Of a stretch of DNA of 64,000 bases, positions 28,006-35,952 are shown one piece after another. Location: positions 1,119 through 65,118 of the forward strand of contig CAMCME010000002.1 in NCBI GenBank assembly GCA_945875925.1. Reading direction: 5' to 3'. Every line of letters begins with the position of its first letter. The first letter of the stretch is position 1. Under the pieces are notes generated by a model. That model was not told where the DNA came from, ran no database searches, and worked only from the letters and a program-made list of their open reading frames with translations. The DNA is from Rickettsia typhi (lineage in GTDB: Bacteria; Pseudomonadota; Alphaproteobacteria; Rickettsiales; UBA1997). Made by a program: the position numbers and the translations under genes.

Positions 28006-28030
28006 ACTATTCTCTTTTACATCTACACAA

Positions 28031-28115
28031 CCTGTCATCCCGAACGCATGCGAGGGATCTCTTGAGTATTAGCACCGAAACTCAAAAGATCCCTCACTAT
28101 GTTCGGGATGACAGG
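28031..28115. repeat. Palindromic element, family A (GTCATCCCGAAC variant), probable clpX terminator
   Basis: Inverted arms CCTGTCATCCCGAACGCATGCGAGGGATCT / partner. It lies 26 nt after the clpX stop and is followed by TTTTTTT on the plus strand. Confidence 0.85.
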
Positions 28116-28134
28116 TTTTTTTATGTCCAGATCT

Positions 28135-28386
28135 TTACTTCCTTATCTTTATTTCCAGCGCATGCAGACCTTTTTTAAACTCATCTTCTAGCAATTTATT
28201 AACTTCTCGATGTGCATTAACTGGGCTTAAATTCTGAAATTTATCTGCAGAAATAATCACCGCAAAATGTGTTTCGTTAGTACCATTATCTCCAGCGTGG
28301 CCCTGATGTAGGTGAGAATTATTTTTCACTTCTAGAAATTTGGGCTGAAGATTTTTTTCTAACTTCTCAATTATTCTTTCTTTCAT
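28135..28386 (-). CDS. BolA-family protein (second copy)
   Basis: 83 aa with N.SHLH.GHAG....THF...I.S..F...S.V..HR.V...L......LHAL. Confidence 0.75.
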   Translation of the reverse strand: MKERIIEKLEKNLQPKFLEVKNNSHLHQGHAGDNGTNETHFAVIISADKFQNLSPVNAHREVNKLLEDEFKKGLHALEIKIRK

Positions 28387-28647
28387 TGTTAGTAAATCTG
28401 TTGATAAATTGTTAATAACTATCGACTTACCAACAGATAAAATTTTTCATCAAAACTTATCAAATTTTCCAACATTTTATTAACAGTTTTACTAGATGTT
28501 GATAAAGTTTTTTAGAAAAATTTTGCCTGTTAATAACTTTTTTATAAACACTATTTTCAAGTGTTTTGAGGTTTTTAATCTGTTAATAAAATTGTTAGTA
28601 AATTCTAATTAACCAATCAACAGCTCAATTATATTTATAATAATTAA
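28387..28647. other. Candidate chromosomal replication origin (oriC): DnaA-box-like cluster upstream of hemE
   Basis: Exact TGTT(G/A)ATAA (= TTAT(C/T)AACA, one mismatch from TTATNCACA) at 28399-28407, 28410-28418, 28477-28485 (reverse), 28497-28505, 28528-28536 and 28581-28589. Near matches at 28457-28465 and 28593-28601. A very AT-rich tract at 28626-28670 abuts hemE. Confidence 0.55.
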
Positions 28648-29694
28648 ATGAATAAATTAATTAATACTCTTCTCAAGAAAGAGAATCTTGATCAAGAAAA
28701 AATAAATCCGCCAATTTGGATTATGAGACAAGCCGGAAGATATTTACCAGAATATCGCGCCGTAAGATCGAATGTAACTAATTTTTTAGAACTTTGTTAC
28801 ACACCAAAATTAGCTTCAGAAGTTACTCTACAACCAATCTCTAGATTTGATTTTGATGCAGCAATTATATTTTCAGATATTCTTGTAATACCTGACGCTC
28901 TAGGAGTTAAGGTTGAATTTGTAAAAAATGAAGGACCGAAATTACAAAAAATTTCTAAGTTAGAAGATTTAAAAAACTTAAAGACGGGCAATATTAAAAG
29001 ACATTTGCAGCCAGTTTTTGAAGCTCTAGCACTTACCAAATCAAAATTAGATAGCAGTAAAGCCTTAATTGGATTTTCAGGCTCTCCTTGGACTTTAGCT
29101 TGTTATATGATTGAAGGTGGTGGATCGAAAAATTTCGAAAATACTCGTAAAAGTGCAATCAAAGATGAAGAATTTTTTGCACAGTTAATTGAAATTTTAA
29201 CCCAAAGTATAATTGAATATCTATCTCACCAAATCAATGCTGGTGCGGATGTGGTAAAATTATTCGATTCTTGGGCGGGAGTTTTGCCACCATCACAATT
29301 AAGAAAATGGGTGATTGAACCGACTAAAAAAATTGTTTCTGAATTGAGAAAACTTCATCCAAACACTCCTTTAATTTGCTTCCCGCGCGGCATTGGCATT
29401 ATGTATGAAGAATTTTCTAGAGAAGTCGGATCAGCTGGTTTGGCTTTAGATCAAACGGTTGAAAAAAATTGGGCGAAGAAAAATTTGCAGGAAAATTTAG
29501 GACAAGTGGTGCAAGGAAATTTGGATAATATTTTGCTTGCTTGTGGATCGAAAAAAGAAATTGAAAAAGAGGTTTTGAGTATTTTAGAAACTTTTGGAGA
29601 TCAGCCTTTTATTTTCAATTTGGGTCATGGAATTATTCCTGAAACTCCGATTGAAAATGTGGAGTTGGTGATGAAGTTGGTTAGAGGGAATTAG
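28648..29694 (+). CDS. hemE: Uroporphyrinogen decarboxylase
   Basis: 348 aa with PPIWIMRQAGRYLPEYR and the FSDILVIPDALG and DSWAG motifs. Confidence 0.92.
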   Translation: MNKLINTLLKKENLDQEKINPPIWIMRQAGRYLPEYRAVRSNVTNFLELCYTPKLASEVTLQPISRFDFDAAIIFSDILVIPDALGVKVEFVKNEGPKLQKISKLEDLKNLKTGNIKRHLQPVFEALALTKSKLDSSKALIGFSGSPWTLACYMIEGGGSKNFENTRKSAIKDEEFFAQLIEILTQSIIEYLSHQINAGADVVKLFDSWAGVLPPSQLRKWVIEPTKKIVSELRKLHPNTPLICFPRGIGIMYEEFSREVGSAGLALDQTVEKNWAKKNLQENLGQVVQGNLDNILLACGSKKEIEKEVLSILETFGDQPFIFNLGHGIIPETPIENVELVMKLVRGN

Positions 29695-29721
29695 TATAAT
29701 TTGGGGTTATATACTTAAATT

Positions 29722-29829
29722 ATTTCTCGTTGTCATCCTCGCGAAAGCAGGGATCCAGTGCGATTTTTAAACATTTAGGAAACTAACTTCTGGATCCCAG
29801 CTTTCGCGAGGATGACAACGAGAAGAAAT
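29722..29829. repeat. Palindromic element, family B (GTCATCCTCGCGAAAGCAGGGATCCAG..)
   Basis: Long inverted arms including the flanks ATTTCTCGTTGTCATCC/GGATGACAACGAGAAGAAAT. It lies between the convergent hemE and nucleotidyltransferase genes. Sister copy at 60727-60837. Confidence 0.9.
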
Positions 29830-29841
29830 ATTATAACATTC

Positions 29842-30603
29842 CTAAAGATTTTCCTCGGTCATTTTCACCGCATCCACAGTTCCAATGTGAAAATATTTTC
29901 CTTTTAGTTCAATTCCATGAACGCGGTGTAATAGGCCATTTTCTCCAACCGCAGATTTGTAGAAATGTGACATTGAAAAACAATTTCCTGTCACTTCTTT
30001 TTTAGCGCGATTCAAAATTTTTGGATTGATAATTTGTAGCCCCACAAAAACATGGCTCATCGCTTGGTCAGAATATCTAAGTAAAGTTCCGCCGGCAAAA
30101 TTAAAATCTCCGCCACCGTGAATATTTCCGTCATAACCTAAATAATCTTCAGTCTTTTTTAGGCCTAAAAGAATATCACACTGCCCAGGGTTCCAAGCCT
30201 TAGAAATTAAATCAATGTCAGAATTTAATCCTTCATCTTGCCATAAAATATCGCCATTTATGGTAAGAAGTGGTTCGTCAAAATTGATTTTATCTTTAGC
30301 AAATAAAAGCCCGCCACCAGTTTCAACTTTTTCAACTTCGCGAGAAAAAATAATTTTCGGATTATTTAATTTTTTAATGTGAGCTTCCAGCTGATCAGCC
30401 AAATAAAATCCGTTAATAATAATTTTTTTAATATCAGGAATTTGATCTAATTTTTCGATTGAATAATCGATGATAGATTTGTTTTTGATTTTAATAAGTG
30501 GTTTGGGAGTTGTTTCAGTTAAAGGTCTCATGCGTTCTCCGCGACCTGCTGCAAAGATGAAACTTTGTGTAATTTTAGTCATTATTTTCACTGTTATTTT
30601 CAA
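29842..30603 (-). CDS. Sugar-phosphate nucleotidyltransferase (MurU/mannose-1-P guanylyltransferase-like)
   Basis: N-terminal FIFAAGRGERMRPLTETTPKPL nucleotide-binding motif. The likely start is the ATG at 30582 (MTKITQS), giving an 8-nt overlap with the upstream ABC gene. Confidence 0.7.
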   Translation of the reverse strand: MKITVKIMTKITQSFIFAAGRGERMRPLTETTPKPLIKIKNKSIIDYSIEKLDQIPDIKKIIINGFYLADQLEAHIKKLNNPKIIFSREVEKVETGGGLLFAKDKINFDEPLLTINGDILWQDEGLNSDIDLISKAWNPGQCDILLGLKKTEDYLGYDGNIHGGGDFNFAGGTLLRYSDQAMSHVFVGLQIINPKILNRAKKEVTGNCFSMSHFYKSAVGENGLLHRVHGIELKGKYFHIGTVDAVKMTEENL

Positions 30604-32464
30604 TTATAAATCCACCCACTTGTGAATCCCAAAGTTTTTTGTAAATGCCATTAAGATTAAGTAAATCTTGATGTGAACCATCTTCAATAATTTTACCAGC
30701 ATCAAAAACTAAAATGCGATCCATGCGTTTCAGTGTTGAAAGACGATGAGCCACAACCAGTGTGGTTTTATCTTTCATTAAATTTTCTAAACTTTCTTGA
30801 ATTAAATTTTCAGTGATTGAATCAAGTTGGCTGGTTGCTTCATCTAAAATTAAAATCGGTGCATTTTTTAAGAAAGCTCGCGCAATAGCAATTCTTTGGC
30901 GCTGTCCTCCAGATAATTTTACGCCGCGCTCGCCAACTAAAGAATCATAGCCTTCAGGTAAATTCTCGATAAATTCATGAGCGTGGGCTTTTTTAGAAGC
31001 TTCAATGACGGCTTTACTATTTTCGCCGTCATCCTTGGACGCATCTGCGTCCGAGGATCTTTTGAAGTTGAACTCATGAGATCCTCGATGCTGCGCATCA
31101 AGGATGACGAGGTTGGGGTTATTTATGATGACGGATGGGAAAATTCCATAAGAAATATTTTCCAAAAGGCTGCGATGAAAAAGCGACGGATCTTGCGGAA
31201 TCATGCCAATTTTCGCGCGCAGAGATTCTTGCGTAACTTTAGAAATATCTTGTCCGTCAATTAAAATTTTCCCCGAATCAATATCAAAAAATCGTAAAAT
31301 TAAATTTACAAAAGTGGTTTTCCCACTTCCAGAATGACCAACTAAACCAACCTTCTGGCCCGATTTTATTGTAAGAGATTTATTAGAAAAAAGAGGCGAT
31401 AAATTTTTGTAATAATTGAAACCAACATTTTCAAAAATGATTTCTCCGCGATCAACCACAAGAGTTTTAGCGCCTTCAATATCCTTTATTTGCAAAGGTT
31501 CATTGATCACAGATAAAGCCTGATTAATTGTTCCAACATCTTCCAAAAATCCACTCATTTCATTGGCCGACATCCACATTAAATGAATGATCCAATTATT
31601 AATTGTGAAGAGCATTAGAAAATCGCCAAGAGTGACAAGGCCTTCAGAATAAAGCCAAATTAAACCGACAATGCAGAAGATAAAATAAGCGGTAAAAGTG
31701 AAGGAGTGATAGATGTAGAATTTAATCAAAAAAGCGTTTCGGCGTTTAGAAAGTTTGGAATATTCATCTTGAAAAATATTAATTCTATCTCTTTCAAAGC
31801 GTGATCTGGCAAAGAGTCTAACATTTGCAATATTGCTTAAAACATCAACCAAATTACCCATAATTTTGGTTTGTTGATCGGCGGCGGCAACAGAAAGAGG
31901 ATCAGAAATTTTCGCCGCTTTTAGCGCCATTAAAATAAAAATTATGGCCCAAAAAATTAAGGCAAAAGCGAAGGCTTTGTGAATTGAGAAAAGTGCAACA
32001 AAGGCAATTACTAAACTTAAAAATACATTTAAGAAACTGTAAAGAATACGCCCAAGCATTGTTGGCGTGCAGCTCGCAAGATCACGAACTTTATTTGCTA
32101 AAGAACCAGAAAAATTATTTTGGAAAAAATTATGCGAATGTTGCATGGCATAATCCATTGATTCAGCAGTAATTTTTTTCTTCATTGCGGGCGTTAAATG
32201 CATCCAAGAAAAATCACAAAGTCGCCAAACTAAACCCGGCAAGATTGTAAAAATAATCAGCAATAGCGAAATTCCCCAAGTTTCAGAAACTGCATTTTGA
32301 TAAGGTGTGCTGGCTAATTTATCGAGCAGAAGTTTGGAAAGATAAGGCCAAAGAGAAAGATCAACGGCATTATAAAACACCACAAAAAGATGCAGGCCAA
32401 CATAGAATTTGAAAGGCCTGATCGAATTTATAAGAAATGAAAATGCGGTGTATTTTTTGGGCAT
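30575..32464 (-). CDS. ABC exporter, fused permease/ATPase (MsbA/multidrug type), carrying an in-frame palindromic-element insertion
   Basis: 629 aa with six TM segments, Walker A GHSGSGKTT, LSGGQRQRIAIARA and ILILDEATS. The peptide VILDAQHRGSHEFNFKRSSDADASKDD between ENISYG and the AHEFI..LP.GYD region is encoded by repeat 31027-31110. Confidence 0.9.
   Translation of the reverse strand: MPKKYTAFSFLINSIRPFKFYVGLHLFVVFYNAVDLSLWPYLSKLLLDKLASTPYQNAVSETWGISLLLIIFTILPGLVWRLCDFSWMHLTPAMKKKITAESMDYAMQHSHNFFQNNFSGSLANKVRDLASCTPTMLGRILYSFLNVFLSLVIAFVALFSIHKAFAFALIFWAIIFILMALKAAKISDPLSVAAADQQTKIMGNLVDVLSNIANVRLFARSRFERDRINIFQDEYSKLSKRRNAFLIKFYIYHSFTFTAYFIFCIVGLIWLYSEGLVTLGDFLMLFTINNWIIHLMWMSANEMSGFLEDVGTINQALSVINEPLQIKDIEGAKTLVVDRGEIIFENVGFNYYKNLSPLFSNKSLTIKSGQKVGLVGHSGSGKTTFVNLILRFFDIDSGKILIDGQDISKVTQESLRAKIGMIPQDPSLFHRSLLENISYGIFPSVIINNPNLVILDAQHRGSHEFNFKRSSDADASKDDGENSKAVIEASKKAHAHEFIENLPEGYDSLVGERGVKLSGGQRQRIAIARAFLKNAPILILDEATSQLDSITENLIQESLENLMKDKTTLVVAHRLSTLKRMDRILVFDAGKIIEDGSHQDLLNLNGIYKKLWDSQVGGFIIENNSENND
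31027..31110. repeat. Palindromic element, family C, inside the ABC exporter CDS
   Basis: 84 bp (28 codons) with termini CGTCATCCTTG/CAAGGATGACG and side hairpins GGACGC-ATCT-GCGTCC and GATGC-TGC-GCATC. I translated the whole element by hand and it reads through. Confidence 0.9.
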
Positions 32465-32471
32465 GAATTAA

Positions 32472-33173
32472 TTATTTATTCAAATCAAATAACAAAAATT
32501 CTGAATCTTTTTCAGCTTTTATCCGAATCATTTTTTCTTCTGAAATAGCTGCGGCGTCTCCTGCTTCAAGCTTTGAGCCGTTAACTAAAATTTCTCCTGA
32601 AATTATTTGAATCCAAATTTTTCTTTCAGATTTTGTTTGAAAAATCATTTCTTTGCTAGCGGCAAATTTTGCTACAAAAATTTCTGCATCTTGATTAATT
32701 GCAATTGAGCCGTCTCTTCCAGAAGCAGAAACCACAAGCACAAAATCTTCGGTTTCAAAATTTTTGGTGAAAGATTTTTGACCGTAAGTTGGGGTAATTT
32801 GTTTTTCTTTTGGCAAAATCCAAATTTGCAAAAGATGAGTTTCGCTATTTTTTTCATGATTAAATTCAGAGTGAAAAACTCCACTTCCAGCGCTCATGGT
32901 TTGCACTTCACCAGGTAAAATAACTGATGAATTTCCCATGGAATCTTGATGTGCTAAGGCGCCTGAAATTACATAAGTTATAATTTCCATATCCTTGTGT
33001 GGATGCTTACCAAAGCCAGTTCCAGCAGCAATATAATCTTCATTAATCACACGAAGATCGCTGAAACCCATGTGTTTTTTGTCGTAATAATCGGCGAAAG
33101 AAAATGTGTGAAAAGATTTTAACCAACCGTGATCGGCTTGTCCTCTTTCAAGAGATTTGCGAATTTTTAACAT
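32472..33173 (-). CDS. Pirin-family protein
   Basis: 233 aa with cupin motifs GFGKHPHKDMEIITYV..G...H.DS.GN and GVFHSE.N. Confidence 0.9.
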   Translation of the reverse strand: MLKIRKSLERGQADHGWLKSFHTFSFADYYDKKHMGFSDLRVINEDYIAAGTGFGKHPHKDMEIITYVISGALAHQDSMGNSSVILPGEVQTMSAGSGVFHSEFNHEKNSETHLLQIWILPKEKQITPTYGQKSFTKNFETEDFVLVVSASGRDGSIAINQDAEIFVAKFAASKEMIFQTKSERKIWIQIISGEILVNGSKLEAGDAAAISEEKMIRIKAEKDSEFLLFDLNK

Positions 33174-33251
33174 CCGTGCTTTAAAAAAAAAATATAACCA
33201 TTAGATAACTGCCGCGCACTTCAAACTATTTCCAAAAAACCTTAAAATAAA

Positions 33252-33863
33252 ATGAAAACTCTCATAATAAAATATTTGCCGACTGGTGAAAATTCAAAAA
33301 CTAAAAAACTTTTGGATTTATTTTTACAAGAAGCTGCAGGGCAAAAAATCGAAACAGTTGATTTGCTTAAAGAAAAAATACCACTTTTTGATGAAAATAG
33401 CATTCAGGCTTATTACAAAAGAAATTATGGTGGCCAAAAATTAAATGAATCTGAAGCAAAACTTTTAGAGCAAAATGATAAATTGGTGGCTCAATTAAAA
33501 TCGGCTGATGTGATTGTGATGGCTTATCCGATGCATAATTTTGGCATGCCAGCTGCTGTTAAAGCTTATTTAGATGCAGTTGTAATGAAGGGTGAAACTT
33601 TTGATTATGGCCAAAAAATGATGGCTGGGAAAAAAGTTTTGACTCTTTTCACTTCGGGTGGAATTTATAGCGAAAACACCTTCAATTTTGATTATCCAAA
33701 CTGGAATAGTATTACTTTGATGACCAAAGCTAATTTCTCTTTCATGGGATTTGACGAGTCAGAAATTATCGGAACTTCACTTAGAGATGAGGCTACAGAA
33801 GCTGAAAGATTGAATGAAGCGAAAAGCAAGATTTCGACAATTGTAAAAAAATGGTATAACTAA
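33252..33863 (+). CDS. azoR: FMN-dependent NADH-azoreductase / flavodoxin-like quinone reductase
   Basis: 203 aa with a flavodoxin-like-fold pattern (S.T..L...F......AD.IV...PM.NFG.PA..KAY.D). Confidence 0.7.
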   Translation: MKTLIIKYLPTGENSKTKKLLDLFLQEAAGQKIETVDLLKEKIPLFDENSIQAYYKRNYGGQKLNESEAKLLEQNDKLVAQLKSADVIVMAYPMHNFGMPAAVKAYLDAVVMKGETFDYGQKMMAGKKVLTLFTSGGIYSENTFNFDYPNWNSITLMTKANFSFMGFDESEIIGTSLRDEATEAERLNEAKSKISTIVKKWYN

Positions 33864-33874
33864 TTTTTTTAAAT

Positions 33875-34528
33875 ATGAGCTTTGAGCAAGATAAATATGC
33901 AATAATAAGAGGGGCAATTTCTGCGGAATTGGCCGATTTTATTTATGATTATTTTTTGAATAAAAGAATGGTGTCCAAAACTTTACTTGAGGCAAATTTT
34001 GACTTTTATTCTAAAACTGGACTTGTGGGGACTTGGGGGGATACTCAAATTCCTAACACTTATTCTAACTATTCTGACATTGTGATGGAAACTCTGCTGC
34101 AAAGAGTGAAGCCAGTTATGGAGAAAGCAACTCGCTTAAGCCTGATTGAAACTTATTCTTACGCCAGAATTTATAAAAAAGGCGATACTCTTTTTAGACA
34201 TAAAGACAGACCATCTTGCGAAATATCAACTACTTTGAATTTGGGTGGTCCTGCTTGGTCTATATTTTTAGATCCAGATCCGACAATGGGGGGAATGCAA
34301 GATAATAAATATGTTGCTGGCGGCAGAGCTGGTGTGGAAGTTCATCTTAATCCAGGAGACATGTTAATTTATCGCGGATGTGATTTAGAACATTGGAGAG
34401 AACCATATCATTCTGACGGTTGTGCGCAGGTGTTTTTGCATTACAATAATGTCAATTCGCCAAATGCGATAGAAAATAGATTTGATAAAAGACCTCACAT
34501 TGGTCTTCCACCATCATTTAAGAGATAA
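33875..34528 (+). CDS. 2OG-Fe(II) oxygenase superfamily protein (distinct from the 12.2-13.4 kb pair)
   Basis: 217 aa with HxD (RHKDR), a distal His (DLEHWRE) and PGDMLIYRG, typical of the double-stranded beta-helix core. Confidence 0.6.
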   Translation: MSFEQDKYAIIRGAISAELADFIYDYFLNKRMVSKTLLEANFDFYSKTGLVGTWGDTQIPNTYSNYSDIVMETLLQRVKPVMEKATRLSLIETYSYARIYKKGDTLFRHKDRPSCEISTTLNLGGPAWSIFLDPDPTMGGMQDNKYVAGGRAGVEVHLNPGDMLIYRGCDLEHWREPYHSDGCAQVFLHYNNVNSPNAIENRFDKRPHIGLPPSFKR

Positions 34529-34568
34529 ATCTAGAAATTGTTTTTAAGAAAATATTTAAGTTTCTAAC

Positions 34569-35786
34569 TTAAATATTTTCTCCCGCCGCTTTGCCGCTGG
34601 CCCAAGCCCATTGAAAATTAAAGCCGCCAAGCCAGCCAGTTACATCCAAAACTTCTCCGATGAAAAATAAATTTGGTACGGATTTTGCTTCAAAGTTTTT
34701 GGAAGAAATTTCGTTGGTGTCGATGCCGCCAATGGTTACTTCAGCTTTGGCAAATCCTTCCGTACCTTTAGGAATAAAGCTCCAAGCATTTACTGAATTT
34801 GCAATTTCTTTAATTTTTAGATTAGAAAGATCGGCTAAGTTTCCGTTGTGACCCGCTTTTTGTGCTAAATAATGAGATAGGCTTTTTGGTAAAAATTGAC
34901 CGAGAAAATTCTGCAATTCTTGTTTTGGTTTTAGTCTTTTTTCTTCTTGTAATTTTTCAAAAACATTAATGTCGGGCGCTAAATTTATTGAGATTTTTTC
35001 ACCTTTTTTCCAGTAAGATGAAATTTGCAAAATGGCTGGGCCGCTAAGTCCAAAATGGGTGAAAAGAATTCCTTCGCGAAAATTTATTTTGCCGCAAGTT
35101 GCAATGCCATTTACCGAAACGCCAGAGAGATTTTTGGTTTGTTCAAGAGTTTCTTCATCCAAAGCTAAGGGCACTAAAGCGGGAAGAGTTTCGATTATTT
35201 TTAAGCTGAATTTTCGTGCGATGTCATAGCCAAAGCTGGTGGCGCCCATTTTTGGAATTGAGAGTCCGCCAGTGGCGATTACTAAGGATTCGCAGGTTAT
35301 TAGTTCGTCGTCGATTTTTAGTTCAAAGTTATAATTAGACTCCGAGCCAATGGACCCCGCAACAAGTGCGGGGTGACAAGGAGAGATGTTGCTAACCTTA
35401 GTCTCAAGCCTTATCTCAACATTCCCATCGGCGCATTCGGCAAGCAACATTTCAATAATTTGCTTCGAAGAAATATCGCAAAAAAGCTGCCCTAAAGTTT
35501 TTTCATGAAAGGCGATTTGATGTTTTTTTACTAAATTTATGAAGTCGTGTTGAGTAAAGCGTTTCAAGGCCGAAACACAGAAATGAGGATTTTGAGAAAG
35601 GAAGTTTTTTGGAGTGGTGTGAAGATTGGTGAAGTTGCATCGGCCACCACCAGAAATGCGAATTTTATCGCCGACAGATTTGGACGCGTCAATAAGCAAA
35701 ACCTTGCGACCTCTTTGACCAGCGGTGGCGGCGCACATTAGGCCAGCAGCGCCAGCGCCTATGATGATGGAATCGTAAAATTTCAT
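34569..35786 (-). CDS. NAD(P)/FAD-dependent oxidoreductase, HI0933/BaiN family
   Basis: DSIIIGAGAAGLMCA dinucleotide fold, SGGGRCNFTN and C-terminal GGFNFQWAW.SG. I place the start at the ATG at 35786. It contains a translated fragment of a family-E element. Confidence 0.85.
   Translation of the reverse strand: MKFYDSIIIGAGAAGLMCAATAGQRGRKVLLIDASKSVGDKIRISGGGRCNFTNLHTTPKNFLSQNPHFCVSALKRFTQHDFINLVKKHQIAFHEKTLGQLFCDISSKQIIEMLLAECADGNVEIRLETKVSNISPCHPALVAGSIGSESNYNFELKIDDELITCESLVIATGGLSIPKMGATSFGYDIARKFSLKIIETLPALVPLALDEETLEQTKNLSGVSVNGIATCGKINFREGILFTHFGLSGPAILQISSYWKKGEKISINLAPDINVFEKLQEEKRLKPKQELQNFLGQFLPKSLSHYLAQKAGHNGNLADLSNLKIKEIANSVNAWSFIPKGTEGFAKAEVTIGGIDTNEISSKNFEAKSVPNLFFIGEVLDVTGWLGGFNFQWAWASGKAAGENI
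35349..35378. repeat. Solo terminal fragment of a family-E palindromic element inside a CDS
   Basis: AATGGACCCCGCAACAAGTGCGGGGTGACA matches the right end of 994-1101. It is translated as CHPALVAGSI in the flavoprotein. Confidence 0.7.
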
Positions 35787-35835
35787 TAATAAATTTATAT
35801 TGCAAATGCCATAAACCGCTAGGTTGAACCACAAA

Positions 35836-35948
35836 AGACCGCCGGTTGAGCGGAGTCGAAACCAGCGGAAGATTTCTGCTGCGGACTTTATAAAACACTA
35901 TACGGCAGGAACCTTCCGCTGGTTTCGACTCCTCTCAACCGGCGGTCT
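35836..35948. repeat. Palindromic element, family F
   Basis: ~36-bp arms AGACCGCCGGTTGAGCGGAGTCGAAACCAGCGGAAG and the inverted copy, starting 5 nt after the purB stop. Confidence 0.85.
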
Positions 35949-35952
35949 CAAC

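Noticed and set aside
28387-28647. CtrA sites (TTAA-N7-TTAA) or a Fur box in the hemE upstream spacer.
   Set aside because: I found only imperfect matches (for example TTAA-N7-TTTA, and a GATAAATTGTTAATAACTATC segment with a loose Fur-like hexamer pattern). The repeated 9-mer is better explained as DnaA-box-like. This is left as an alternative in the oriC finding.
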